This document shows positions 52,192 through 63,192 of a DNA stretch of 64,000 bases, one piece after another. Every line of letters begins with the position of its first letter. Positions within the stretch are counted from its first letter, which is position 1. The position numbers were made by a program, and so were the translations under genes. The stretch spans positions 896,001 through 960,000 of the forward strand of contig CBDBZU010000004.1 of the NCBI GenBank assembly GCA_965213625.1, written 5' to 3'. The notes under the pieces were generated by a model that was not told where the DNA came from, searched no databases, and saw nothing but the letters and a program-made list of their open reading frames with translations. This DNA comes from a bacterium (GTDB lineage Bacteria > UBA8248).

Positions 52192-52563
52192 TCAAGCGAG
52201 GGGATGGTTGTATTGGGGCAGCGCGTAGCCGAAATCGTCCCGCCCCACTTCTTTGGGCATCTCGTCGAGATATCTGGCTGCCCACTCGGCGGCGCGCGCG
52301 AGGACGTCGCCGTGGCACGGGAGGGGATGGCAGTGGCAGCCGAGTTCGCAGCCGTGAAGGTCGGCGAGTTCGTGGAGGTTCACCTCCTCCTGCCGGATTT
52401 TTCTCCACAGCCATTGGCGGTATTTCTCGATGACGGCGTCGCGGTCGCCGTCCTGGCCGACCCGGAAGGGATTTCCCCACTTCGTCATGCGGTCGATCCT
52501 CACCATCAAGCCGCTGCCGAGTTCATCAACATAGGTGTTCAGGTTCACCACGGTGGTTTCCAT
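52192..52563 (-). CDS. DUF4326 domain protein
   Basis: IDR.TKWGNPF, I.KYR.WL, L.G..LGCHCHPLPCHGDVL. Confidence 0.8.
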   Translation of the reverse strand: METTVVNLNTYVDELGSGLMVRIDRMTKWGNPFRVGQDGDRDAVIEKYRQWLWRKIRQEEVNLHELADLHGCELGCHCHPLPCHGDVLARAAEWAARYLDEMPKEVGRDDFGYALPQYNHPLA

Positions 52564-53124
52564 GCCTTTCTCCTTTCCAGAGAGTTAACGGATGCGCTTC
52601 TTGGCGTCCCATTTTCAGCACGTAAGGGCGCCGGGCGGTGTATCCGGTGCCCGCAGGCGGGCGAATCAAGGGCTTGTCATTTTCCGGGGGGTTCCCGAAA
52701 AATACGGTTCATCGTTTTTTGGGGGGTACCGGCAAATGATGGCCGCTTGCGGCCACCCTTTATTGCCCGGCGTTCGTGCTAAAATGAGGACGCTAAGAGA
52801 GAGACATCAGTACCGCCACCGGGACACAAGAGTTTTTGGGTGTTTCACGATGAAGACGAAGCTCATCGGGAAACATCCCTTCATGCTGCGGAAAGGGTCA
52901 TTTCGGGCCGTTATTCGGCCCGGAATTCCCGCAGCGGGGGGTAGACTGAGCCACTGTCTTGAATACGGGATGATTGCAGGCGCAAGCCGATCTTCCGGGA
53001 ACACGGTTTATCGTTCACGGAATAGGAGATTCTTCAGGAGTTCCCGGTAGACGAGAGAAGCCTACAGGGAGGGAAAGGCGCGGGCGCTTCGGCGGTGGAC
53101 TTCCTCCGGACAACGGGCATAAGA

Positions 53125-53160
53125 AAAGGGGTCGACGCGCGTGATGGCGCCGACCCCTTG
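53125..53160 (-). terminator. Intrinsic terminator downstream of ssb
   Basis: AAGGGGTCG...CGACCCCTT stem followed by a T-run on the minus strand. Confidence 0.55.
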
Positions 53161-53167
53161 TGAGCAC

Positions 53168-53470
53168 TTAAAACCGGATGTCCTCCTCCTCACCCCCGAC
53201 CCCTGCGGCGACGGGCACGCCGTTGCCGTTGTTGTTCCCGTTCGCCTTGTCCAAAAACTGGACGACCCCGCCGGGTGCTACGAGTATCTCGGTCGAGAAG
53301 CGTTCCGAATCCTCCTCGTCCTTCTTCCAGCGACGGGTCTGGAGCTTGCCCGCGACGTAGACCAGACGGCCTTTCTTCGCGTGCCGCTCGAACATGTCCA
53401 CCAGGCCGGGCTGGAAGGTCACGATCCTATGCCACTCCGTTTTCTCCACCCTCTCACCGGATTGCTTGTC
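53168..53470 (-). pseudogene. ssb: Single-stranded DNA-binding protein, 5'-truncated
   Basis: TEWHRIV.F, KG.LVYV.GKLQTRRW, TEI, acidic tail EEDIRF; N-terminus missing. Confidence 0.88.
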
Positions 53471-53523
53471 TACCGGTTCCAAATGCAGGTGGTTGCGCCG
53501 AAGAGGGTGATCTTCAGGATGCT

Positions 53524-53799
53524 GTGATCACCCACGCGTTCCATCCGCTTCGCGGCCGAACGGTCCGGATTTACGACCGTGTGGGAGGCTCCAGGAGAGC
53601 GATTGTTCGCTACTTCGCGGACAGCGCGTCCGGCGCAACCCTTGTCAGCGTGCCGGTTTCCTGGACGTCCCTGTGGCAGGTCGACGACTTCGAGCGCGTT
53701 GCGTCCGGTCGCTGCCTGTTCCGGGGAGACGACCTGATTGTGCTTCGCGAGCTTGTGGACGCGCTTCTTGCGCCGGCGGTCGAGCGTGATCAGAAATAA
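53524..53799 (+). CDS. DUF5372 (Y4bD/Y4pK)-like protein
   Basis: ITHAFHPLRG..., SVP.SWT, R..DL..L..LV. Confidence 0.6.
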   Translation: MITHAFHPLRGRTVRIYDRVGGSRRAIVRYFADSASGATLVSVPVSWTSLWQVDDFERVASGRCLFRGDDLIVLRELVDALLAPAVERDQK

Positions 53800-53972
53800 T
53801 GGCGCTATATGATCAGAAACCAGGGCGCTCATGCGTGGCTGTTCCGGGCATGGAGTGCCAGATAATGCCTTTTATAGGTAGGCATGGAGCAAGAGTATCG
53901 TGGTTGGATGTTGACTCGGTGGTGATTGTTGGCGTATTATTTATAGATACTACTTCGGAGGGCCGCACCGCC

Positions 53973-54452
53973 ATGGCAGACCGTCGCGACGACACCGAAA
54001 AGCAGGACCGGCTCAGGGAGGCCGGAACGCTCAACCGGACGCCGGAGAAGGTCAGCGATCCGGCATTCGCCTCCGGCGACTTCTTCGATGCGCGCGACCT
54101 GCTCCAGGTTCGCTACGAGATGGTACGGGTGGTCCGGCTGGGCGAGGCCACCCTCGCGCAGGCGGCGGCGCGGTTCGGGGTCTCGCGGCCGACCTGCTTC
54201 CGCATGGTCAAGGCGTTCGACGGGGGCGGGCTGCAGGAGCTCATCCCCGCGCGGCGCGGGCCGCGGGGGCCGCACAAGATCAGCCCGGAGATACTGCGCT
54301 TCGTCGAGGACTACAGGGCGCTGCACGGACGTGTGGGCGCGCGCCGGCTGGCGCCGCTGATCGAGGCCGAGTTCGGCATCAGGCTGCATCCACGCGGTCT
54401 GGAGAAGGCGATCGAGCGGGATAAAAAAAAATCTCCGGAGCCCGGACGATGA
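53973..54452 (+). CDS. HTH domain protein
   Basis: FFDARDLLQVRYEM.R, AAARFGVSRPT, L.PARRGPRGPHK. Confidence 0.75.
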   Translation: MADRRDDTEKQDRLREAGTLNRTPEKVSDPAFASGDFFDARDLLQVRYEMVRVVRLGEATLAQAAARFGVSRPTCFRMVKAFDGGGLQELIPARRGPRGPHKISPEILRFVEDYRALHGRVGARRLAPLIEAEFGIRLHPRGLEKAIERDKKKSPEPGR

Positions 54453-54754
54453 TGCACGGCGACGCTGCGCAGGTTTACGAGGACTGGCGCCGGCTCTGGA
54501 TGTCGGGCGGCGACAGCAACGCCTTCGCCGTGCTGCGCTTCCACGGTCTGCGCGGCGCCCTGACCATGGCCGGGGCCGCGTGCAACCGCGCCCGTCCGCG
54601 GCCACCGTCGCCGCTGCCTGCCAACATGGACCTGCCGCTCGCCGATGCGGTGATCGTCGAGGCCGCCAGCCAGGTCCGGCGCCTGCTGGGCGTGTCATCG
54701 CCTCCCGCGGCCGCCGGCGTTGCGCGGAAATACGAGGAGAGCCGTCATGTCTGA
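54449..54754 (+). CDS. Hypothetical protein of the recombinase element
   Basis: Overlaps both neighbours; YE.WR motif. Confidence 0.5.
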   Translation: MMHGDAAQVYEDWRRLWMSGGDSNAFAVLRFHGLRGALTMAGAACNRARPRPPSPLPANMDLPLADAVIVEAASQVRRLLGVSSPPAAAGVARKYEESRHV

Positions 54755-56220
54755 AGCGGAAGCGCGCAAGGTCGCGACGCATCATCTGGAGCGCGAGGCC
54801 TGCCTCTACGTGCGGCAGTCCTCGCTTCGCCAGGTCATGCAAAATACCGAGAGCACGCGGCGTCAGTACGGGCTGAGCCAAAGGGCGACGGCGCTCGGCT
54901 GGCCTGCCGAGCGTATCCGGGTGATTGACGAGGACCAGGGCAAGTCGGGGGCCTACAGCGGAAACCGCAGCGGCTTCCGCGACCTGATGGGGAGCATCGC
55001 CTCCGGCGACGTGGGGATCGTTCTCGGCCTGGAAGTCTCGCGTCTGGCGCGAGACAACGCCGACTGGCACCAGCTGCTGCGGATCGCCGGCATCACCAAT
55101 ACCCTGATCCTTGACGAGACCGGCATCTACGATCCCAACGACGGCAACGACAAGCTCTTGTTGGGCGTCAAAGGGACGCTGAGCGAGTTCGAGCTTGAGG
55201 GGCTCAAGGCGCGGCTTGTCGGCGGCCAGCGCAGCGCCGCCGCGCGCGGTGCGCTGAAGTTGCGGCTGCCGGTCGGCCTGGCCTACAACGACAGGGACGA
55301 GGTGGTGTTCGAGCCCGACCGATCCGTCGTCGATGCGATCCGTCTCGTGTTCGACAGCTTCCGCCGGATGGGGTCGGCGATGGCGGTGGTGAAATGGATG
55401 CACCGGGAGAACATCGAGCTTCCGGCGCGGCCGCGAAGCGGGCCGGCCTGCGGCGAACTGCGCTGGGCGCCTCCGCGCGTGCAGCAAATCGCCCGCATTC
55501 TGAGGAATCCGCGCTACGCCGGCGCCTACGTCTATGGCCAGACGCACGTCCTGCGGCGGCTTGACGGGACCGGAAGGTTGCGTGTCGTGCCGATGGAGGA
55601 GTGGAAGGTGTGCATTGAGGACGCCCATGTGGGCTTCATCGATTGGGAGGAGTACCTTCGCAATCGAGCCACCCTGAGAGGCAATGCCGCGGCCTTCCTG
55701 GAATCGGACTCGCGCACCGCGGCGCCCCGCGAGGGGGCGGCGCTGTTGCAGTCGCGGGTGCTGTGCGGCCACTGCGGCCGGCGCATGGGCATGCAATACA
55801 ACCGCGCTCTCCCGCATCGCAACCGGCCGGCGCGCTACTTCTACGTCTGCAATGAAGAGTGGGCCCGCTACGGACGGAAGACCTGCCAGACCATGCGCGG
55901 CGATCTCGTCGACGCGGAGATATCCCGCTTCGTGATCGACGCGATGAACCGCAAGAACATAGATCTTGCCCTGGCGGTGCAGGAGCAGGTCGATGTGGAG
56001 TTCGCCGAGGCCGATGCCCAGCGCGCCAGGCGCATCGATGCCCTGCGCTACGAGGCCGATCTGGCGCGGCGCAGGTTCTTCGAGGTCGACCCGGCCAACC
56101 GGCTGGTGGCGGCATCGCTGGAGGCCGACTGGAACGAGCGCCTGCGCGAGCTGGAAGAGGCGTGCCGGGAACGGGAGGCCCGCGGCGCGGCGCGCGACAC
56201 CGAGCTCTCCGAGCGGCATG
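54747..56220 (+). pseudogene. Large serine recombinase, C-terminally truncated
   Basis: YVRQSS catalytic Ser, EVSRLAR, IL.NPRYAG, Zn ribbon CGHCG...C, VDPANRLVA..LEA.WN; runs into unrelated sequence. Confidence 0.85.
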
Positions 56221-56651
56221 CCGATAGGTTTCGGTTCGGTAGAAAGAACGTGCCCGAGCCCGGCGGGGGCAATTCGGTCAACATAGTCCCACCACGCGCC
56301 GTCGACGATGAGTTTATCTAATAGTGGTACCGAATCCATGTTCAGCCAGCACAGGAAGGGTCGGTAGACCGCGAGCTCGACTGCCGCATAGCGCTGCTCC
56401 CGGTACGTCGCCTCGCGCCACAATGTGAGAATCGTGGCCTGCCAGTTGTCCGCACAGGCGGGTGGGTAGCGCTCGAAGACGGCCCGTGCGGTCTTCCGCA
56501 TCACGGGTACGCGCACGCCCATGAACGGCATACTCGATTTCATGTAGCGTTGCTGGCCGGCAGCCCGCCCGGGTTCGCGGACCGACCACAGTGCGTCGTG
56601 AAGCGCGTCGATCAACGTGCAAGATTCCTGTGCGGCAATCGACCGGTTCAT
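56220..56651 (-). pseudogene. DNA alkylation repair (AlkD-like) protein, N-terminal half
   Basis: RA..QQRYMKS.MPF.GVRVP..RK, LW....YRE.RYAA, WWDYVD. Confidence 0.78.
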
Positions 56652-57066
56652 CACGACACCCACCATACAGTACGGAAAAATGGCAATCTTGCTGTTCGAT
56701 GCATTGGGACAGCGACCGAATCCAGCCCTGGAGAGAAAACCCGCGACTTACAGGGTGCCGTTCGGCCGCTAGCCACCGAGCGCCTAGTATTCCACCCCAA
56801 CTGACCGGAAGCAACAATGTCGCTCAGCGGCTGACCCCTTTGGTCGCGGTGGAGACCCCTTGCCTCGGCAGATGTGGGGAGCGTGGCTTCGCCTCTATCA
56901 GCCGCAGGAGTCAAGATTTGCAGCATCTCACGTTCCTGGTGGTGCAGATGTGTTCCTTTGAACATACCGGGCCGTTGCGACAAAGCGCTGAATGCGGATA
57001 ACATCGAGGATCATCGACTCTGGACTTAGTCGGTTCTTTTGCGTTTATCGAGAAAGGGAAATTACG

Positions 57067-59540
57067 ATGAGGATCGCTTTGGCGGCAGCCACCGCTTATG
57101 TAGTGCTGGCGGTGATGATATCCCATGCCGGACCTCTCGCGCCGGCCCCGCAGGTCATCGCCGAATACGACCGCAAGTTCATCGAGCGCTCGGGTGCTCA
57201 GACGCTCGAGGAGCTGTTGGACACCGGCATCATCCGCTACTTTTTCACCGGGGGACGAGATCTGCTCGTCCTGGTGAACGGCAGACCCTACGCCACCACC
57301 GGCCAGAATCTGGATTCCCTGCCGCTCTCGGCCGTGGAGCGCATCGAGGTTCTGAGAGGCGAGAGTCTGAGCACGCTGGGCGGCCACGCCGCCATAAACG
57401 GCGCGTTCAATATCGTGCTCAGAAAGGACCTGGACGGTTTCGAGATGCGTACGGTTACGCGGAAGCCGAGCCGGGACGGTGGCGACGGCTGGCAGGGCAG
57501 TGTCTTCTGGGGCGGCGCGGTCGGCAAGGGAGGACGCATGACCATCGGCGCAGACATACTGGACCGTCAGGAAATCCTCGGCAAGAACCGGGAACACAGC
57601 CGCTCCGAGTGGGTCGAGGGCGGCAGCTTCAGCCAATCCAAGAATATCAGCGTCGGCGGCAACACCGTCTATGTCTCCCGGAGAGACGACCAGGGAGCAC
57701 CTACCGCCTTAAGGTCATTACCGCTGGGGGACTGCGACCCGGCGCAAGGCTATGCCGGCCCGCTCAGCAATCCGCCCGGTATCCGTACGGGCGACAAGGG
57801 CTGTGGTTACGCCTATGGAAACATCTGGTGGGATACCCCAGCTATGAACAGAAGAGCGCCATCCTGAACCTGGAGCATCCGCTCGGTGGGGACGCCGAAC
57901 TCCATCTGGACGCGAACATCAGGCAGGGCCGCGGGGCGTTCCGCTACGCGCCGTCGGTCGACGTGTTTTCCTTTACGCCGAACGAGACATTGCTGGATGA
58001 GCTCAAGAGAGCAGCCGGTTCCGACTTCCGGTTGGGAGAAAACGACGAATTCGTTGTGGGGCACCGCTTTATCGGCCACGGCAACCGTGACTGGGTGACG
58101 GATATCGAGGAATACGACATTTCCGCAAGCGTCGAAGGTCGTCTGGATGAAGGTCTCGGCTATGACGTGCGCGTCAGCGCCTACCGGCTGGACCATTCCG
58201 TGTCCGGCGACACCTTCGTGCATGCCGGCAAGATCAGGGAAGAGATCGAGAGTGGGGCTTACAACCTCGTGAACCCGTTAGACCCGCGTAATTCCGCAGC
58301 GATCGAGAACAGCAGCTTACAGGAGGAGGATAATTTCAGTTCGGAGTATCTTGGCGCCCGGCTGGCGCTGGAGGGCTCAGGCTTCGCTATCGGCGGGCGC
58401 CTGACGGCATGGACCGCAGGGGTCGAACTGGAGAGCGTGGACGTGCGCCGCCTCCTGGTCTTTCGGGACAAGGACGGCTATACCCATGAAGTGACCGAGG
58501 TGCTCGGTTCCGGCGGAACCAGCTATGCCGGCAAGCGCGACATTGCGGCGGCTTTTGCGGAGATGTCCCTGCCGCTGACCGACAAACTGGAAATCAGGGT
58601 CGGGGGACGCGGCGATGAATACGACGATATAGGCGGATTGGAATCGTGGCGTTTCGGGGCCGAATACCGGCTGACCGGCATCGTCACGCTGCGCGGCTCG
58701 TGGAGCGCGGGCGAGACGTCGCCCTCGATGCGGCATATCTACAGCGACGCGTCGCAGGACCACCCTTATGTCGTTTGCGACCCCGGGAGCGGACCGCCGC
58801 CCCGCACATGCGATAGTCCGAACTTCCGGCAGGTGACGCGTGAGACAAGCGGCAACCCGGGTCTCGACCCCGCAGGCTCCGAGATGCTTTCTTTCGGCGC
58901 CGAGGCCCGCAAAGGGCCGTTCTATCTCGTTGCGGACTGGTATCGGCTCGCAATATCCGACCAGCCAGGGCAGAACACCGCCACCTGGGCCATGTTGAAC
59001 CTGCAAGAATGCCGGGGCGGCAACCGGAATGACTGCATCGAGCGCATCGGCGGCGACATCACCATTCACGACAGCTTTGCGAACATTGTCGATACCGAGA
59101 TTTCGGGCGTGAATTTCCGATACGGCGCGCGCATGAGAACGGGTTGGGGCGTTATCGGGTTGCGCGGGTTCTGGCGGCACGTCATCAGCACCAAACAGCA
59201 AATCGCGGGCGAAAAACAGCGGTTTCCCCTCCCCCGGAATGCGGTGCGCGTCGTAGTCTCGGCCGGGCGTGACAATCTCACCGCTTTCTGGTCCACGAAC
59301 TACCGCTCCGAAATCGAGAGTCAGTCGGGCGAAGGGAGGTTCAGGTCCTGGACCGGCCACGATTTGACGCTCGACTGGGAGCGGCCGCTAGGGCTGGAAA
59401 GCGTGCGGGTGACCGCGGGCGTGTACAACCTCACCGATGCCAAACTCTCGACGAATACAGCCAACCCCTCCGTTACGGACGGGCCCAGAGCGGCTGGTTG
59501 GGGCCGCACCTTCTTCCTCACTCTCAACATGCGGTTCTGA
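57067..59540 (+). pseudogene. TonB-dependent receptor, frameshifted near 57835
   Basis: Signal peptide, plug LVLVNGR..LDSLPLSAVERIEVLR, GNPGLDP, GVYNLTD, C-terminal GRTFFLTLNMRF; split into ORFs 56992-57867 and 57039-59540. Confidence 0.85.
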
Positions 59541-59693
59541 GGGGCCGTCGGACAGCTTCGGGAGGGGTGCTGCTTTCCCGGCTGAGCCGGGAAGGGCTTC
59601 GGGGTGGTATCAGGGTGCGTGCGTCGGGCGCGACATTGATGCCGTCGCTCAGGATCGGCGTGCGCAGCTGCTTCCGGGAACCGTCCTTCGCAC

Positions 59694-60899
59694 TCACTTC
59701 GGAGACGGCGGGCGGCGCTCCCGCCAGCCTTCCAGCATGTTCTCCTCGATGCTCCCGGCGACCCGTTCGGCCGCCTCCTGCGCCGAGTCGCGCGCGAGGT
59801 GCGCGTAGCGCGCCGTCGTTTCCATCTTGCTGTGGCCCAGGAGCTTCCCGATCACGGGGAGCGACTCGCCGAGCGCGAGAGCCCTGGATGCATACGAATG
59901 TCTCAAGTCATGGATCCGCACGCCTTCGAGGCCCGCGCGCTCCCTTACCGTCCGCCAGGCCTCGTCGATATTCGCAAGGTGCGTCCCGGGCTTCCCGCCC
60001 GGGATGACCCAGGGGCCGTCGTGGGCGCGAAGGAGGTCCGTGAGAAGTTCGACCGCCTCAGGCGGCAAGGGGATCGCCCGCGCGCCCGTCTTGGAATCGG
60101 GCAGTCTGAGCTCGCCCGCTTCGAGCGCCACGTCCTCCCGGCGCAGCTTGAGGACTTCGCTCCTGCGGCACCCGGTAAGGGCCAGGAGCCTGATCGCCGC
60201 CACCGCGGACGCGCCGCCCGCAGCCTCCGCCTCCTCGAGTGCGCGTCCCAGGCGGGTGAACTCCGAATCCGTCAGGAACCGCTCGCGCCTGCGCTCGGGG
60301 TATTTCATAATCGAGCGGCAGGGATTTGATAATCCGTCCGGCGCCATGCCCCAGCCGGCAGCCTGCTCGTACATCGCGGAGAGGGTGCGGAGCGCCATGT
60401 TCGCCACCGCGGGCGTCTCGTAGAGGCTCTCGTGGAATTCCGCCACCTGCGCGCGAGAGAGCGCAGCGATCGGCAGCTTGCCCAGGGCGGGCAGGACGTG
60501 GCGGTTGATCACCGAGCGGTAGAGCGCGGCGGTGGCCGGCTTGCACCGCACCGCGACGTATTCGGCGAGGTAGCGCGCGCACACCTCATTCACCGTGGGG
60601 CCTGCCTTGCGTATAAGCGGCTCTGGAACCGCCTCCTCGCCCGCCTTGACCCTCGCGATGATGTGGGCGGCGCGCTTCCTGGCCTCATCGGCGTTGATCA
60701 CTCCGTGGCGGCCCACCGCCACGCGTTTGGGTCCCTCGGGACCCCGCGCCTGCGCGATGTAGACTTTTGAGCCCGTGGGATAGACCCGCACGCCGAAGCC
60801 GGTGAGGTCGCGGTCCCAGAAGACCGTGTCCTTCTCCACTTTCAGTTTCGCGACCGCGCGGTTGGAAAGCGTCCCGTATTTCGTCTTCGCCATCTTCAC
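59694..60899 (-). CDS. Tyrosine integrase with N-terminal arm-DNA-binding domain
   Basis: WD..L.GFGVRV..TGSK, TGCRRSE, SKTG, HDLRHSYAS, LLGH...TARYAH. Confidence 0.93.
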   Translation of the reverse strand: MKMAKTKYGTLSNRAVAKLKVEKDTVFWDRDLTGFGVRVYPTGSKVYIAQARGPEGPKRVAVGRHGVINADEARKRAAHIIARVKAGEEAVPEPLIRKAGPTVNEVCARYLAEYVAVRCKPATAALYRSVINRHVLPALGKLPIAALSRAQVAEFHESLYETPAVANMALRTLSAMYEQAAGWGMAPDGLSNPCRSIMKYPERRRERFLTDSEFTRLGRALEEAEAAGGASAVAAIRLLALTGCRRSEVLKLRREDVALEAGELRLPDSKTGARAIPLPPEAVELLTDLLRAHDGPWVIPGGKPGTHLANIDEAWRTVRERAGLEGVRIHDLRHSYASRALALGESLPVIGKLLGHSKMETTARYAHLARDSAQEAAERVAGSIEENMLEGWRERRPPSPK

Positions 60900-61672
60900 C
60901 CGGCCCTCCCGTTGGTGATGTGAATCCCGATGCTCCCGCCCACCCGTACCGCCGCCTCCCTCTCGGCCTCGCGCATCAGGTGCGCGTAGCGCGCGCTCGT
61001 CGCCACGCTCGTGTGCCCGAGCAGTTTGCCTATCGTGTAGAGGCTCTCACCCAGCGCCAGCGCCCTCGACGCGTAGGAATGCCTGAGGTCATGGATGCGC
61101 ACGTCATGGAGTCCCGCCCGCTCCCGGACGGGTCGCCAGTAGTGGTGCAGGCCTGTGAGGCGCTTCCCGGGCCTCTGGCCCGCGATCACCCAGGGATTGT
61201 CCTCAGAGCGGGGGATGGCGTCCAGTATCCTGAGCACGGGCCTCGTCAGGGGAACCATGCGGGGACCCGCCTTGGCGTCCCTCAAGCGCAGATCGCCCGC
61301 CGTGCGGTCCACGTCGTCCCACCCGAGGCTCAGTATCTCGCCCCTGTGGCACCCGGTCAGGACGAGCAGCCGGATGGCCGCAACCGCGGGCGGCCATATC
61401 CCGCCTTCCGCCTCGGCTTGCCTGAGCGCACGGCCCAGGCGTCGGTATTCCTCAGGCGTCAGGAACCGCTCGCGCACCCGCGTCCTGTAGCGGCGCACGG
61501 AGAGGCAGGGGTTCCGCCCGGGCGGGACCAGTTCCCACGCCTCGGCAAGGGTATACATCCGAGATAGCAGGTGGACCGTCGCGTTGGCCCGGGCGGGCGT
61601 TTCCCTGAGCCTGTGATGGAGCGCCGTGACTTCCGCCCCGCCCACTTCTTCCAGTACCATCCCGCCCATGGC
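60896..61672 (-). pseudogene. Second tandem tyrosine integrase, 5'-truncated by IS1182
   Basis: Paralogous RERFLT, TGCHRGE, HDLRHSYASRALALGESL, LLGH...RYAH; N-terminus absent. Confidence 0.85.
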
Positions 61673-63192
61673 GGGTCTGTTGAAAAACCCGGTGTTGGAA
61701 GCGGGCGTTTTGGCGGCTCACGCGGCGGCGGAGAGGCAGCCCAATCGGCGCGTGAGGGCGCCATGTGTGCGCAGACGGCGTCTCCAGGCGGCACAGACCC
61801 TCCAGAGGGCGAATAAACGCGCCGCAAAAGCGGCGGCCAGCCGCTTGAGGTTCACCGCTATCGCCGTCAGGTAGGACTGGATCCTCATGTTCGCAAGGCC
61901 CCGGCGCACCGCCCGCCCCAGTCCGTGCCAACTCTTCGCTTCGCCGTGGTAGCCCTCCGAGCGCCAACGGTGGCGGTCGTAGAGCCGCTTCTCCTCCTCC
62001 CCCCATCGCAAATGGCGACGACGCGCGCGCAACAGCGCCGGATACGCGTTGGGAATCAACACCGCCTTGCTCGTTTGCGACTTCGACAGACAATCGGACC
62101 TGAGCGCGCAGCCCGCGCAATCCCGCGTCTTCGATACATAGGAGCGCCCCCGCTCCGTCGCCTGCCGGGGACGCAGCGTCTTGCCTCCCGGACACTTCAC
62201 CACCTCGTTGCGCGCATCGTAGTGGAACAACTGCAGCGGAACACGGCTCTGGCTGGGTTCCTTCTTCGCTGGTATCAGCGCTTCCACGCCCCGCCGCTCC
62301 AATTCGCCATAAACCTTCGAGTACGCGTAGCCCGAATCCGCCGTCACCATCTCCGGCGCGCGGCCCGACAACTCGCTTACCGCCTCTATATGGGACGCCA
62401 TCATCTCACGCTCGTTCCGCGTCCCCTCCGTCACCGACACGTCGAGAACAACACCCCGCTCATCGTCCACCGCCGCGTGCTGCTTGTAGCTCGGCTCGAA
62501 CCCCGCCCGCGCGCTCTTGCGCGCAAGCCGCGCGTCCGGGTCCGTCCGGCTCACCCGACCCCCGCCACCGCGGCCTCCTCCCTTCTTCTCCCCCTCATCA
62601 TCGACGGGATTCTCCCGAATCACCTTCTCCGCGTGGTGCGCCGCCAGACTCTCCCAGCTCACGTCCGCGCGTATCAACGAGGCGTCCACGTGTACCACTT
62701 CCCCCTTCGCCACATTCGCCTCCAGGCAAGCCTGCACCGTGCGACGGAATATCTCCTTGAACCGAGCCTCCCCCCACCGCTGACGAATCCGCGTCAGGCT
62801 CGAATGATGCGGCAAATCCTCGTGCAGCCCGTACCCGATGAACCACCGGATCGCCAGGTGCGCACGCGCCTCGCGAAGCAGACGCCGGTCGTGTACGTAG
62901 CCCAGCAACATACCCGCAAGCATCAGGCGCAACGCCACCTCCGGGTCGATCCCCGGTCGACCGTTATCCGCGCAATAGCAATCCGCCACCTCCGCGCGAA
63001 GCCAACTCAAATCCAGTACGCGGTCCACGCGCATCAGGACGTGATCCTCGGGGATCAACCGTTCCAGCGAACCGGCCACGAACAAATCCATCTGCTCGCG
63101 CCCCTTGCTGCCTATCATCTCGGGAACTCCCATCTCGGGCGAGATAGTGTCATTACACCCAATCACAATGCCGGGGGTTTTTCAACAGCCCC
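61673..63192 (-). mobile_element. IS1182 family insertion sequence
   Basis: Terminal IRs GGGTCTGTTGAAAAACCC and GGGTTTTTCAACAGCCCC. Confidence 0.88.
61718..63118 (-). CDS. IS1182 family transposase
   Basis: IPEDH, GRPGIDPE, PHHSSLTR, VDAS, SRTDPDA, ADSGY, CxxC, EAK..HGL.RA..RG, NLKRL. Confidence 0.92.
   Translation of the reverse strand: MIGSKGREQMDLFVAGSLERLIPEDHVLMRVDRVLDLSWLRAEVADCYCADNGRPGIDPEVALRLMLAGMLLGYVHDRRLLREARAHLAIRWFIGYGLHEDLPHHSSLTRIRQRWGEARFKEIFRRTVQACLEANVAKGEVVHVDASLIRADVSWESLAAHHAEKVIRENPVDDEGEKKGGGRGGGGRVSRTDPDARLARKSARAGFEPSYKQHAAVDDERGVVLDVSVTEGTRNEREMMASHIEAVSELSGRAPEMVTADSGYAYSKVYGELERRGVEALIPAKKEPSQSRVPLQLFHYDARNEVVKCPGGKTLRPRQATERGRSYVSKTRDCAGCALRSDCLSKSQTSKAVLIPNAYPALLRARRRHLRWGEEEKRLYDRHRWRSEGYHGEAKSWHGLGRAVRRGLANMRIQSYLTAIAVNLKRLAAAFAARLFALWRVCAAWRRRLRTHGALTRRLGCLSAAA

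Larger units (their letters stand above)
53471..56220 (+). mobile_element. Large serine recombinase element (DUF5372-like, HTH, small ORF, LSR), right end deleted
   Basis: Four co-oriented genes begin at the ssb truncation point and end at the junction with the AlkD-like fragment. Confidence 0.7.

Noticed and set aside
53937-56666. 909-aa minus-strand ORF
   Set aside because: Only the first ~145 aa (AlkD-like) look real; the rest is the antisense shadow of the recombinase element
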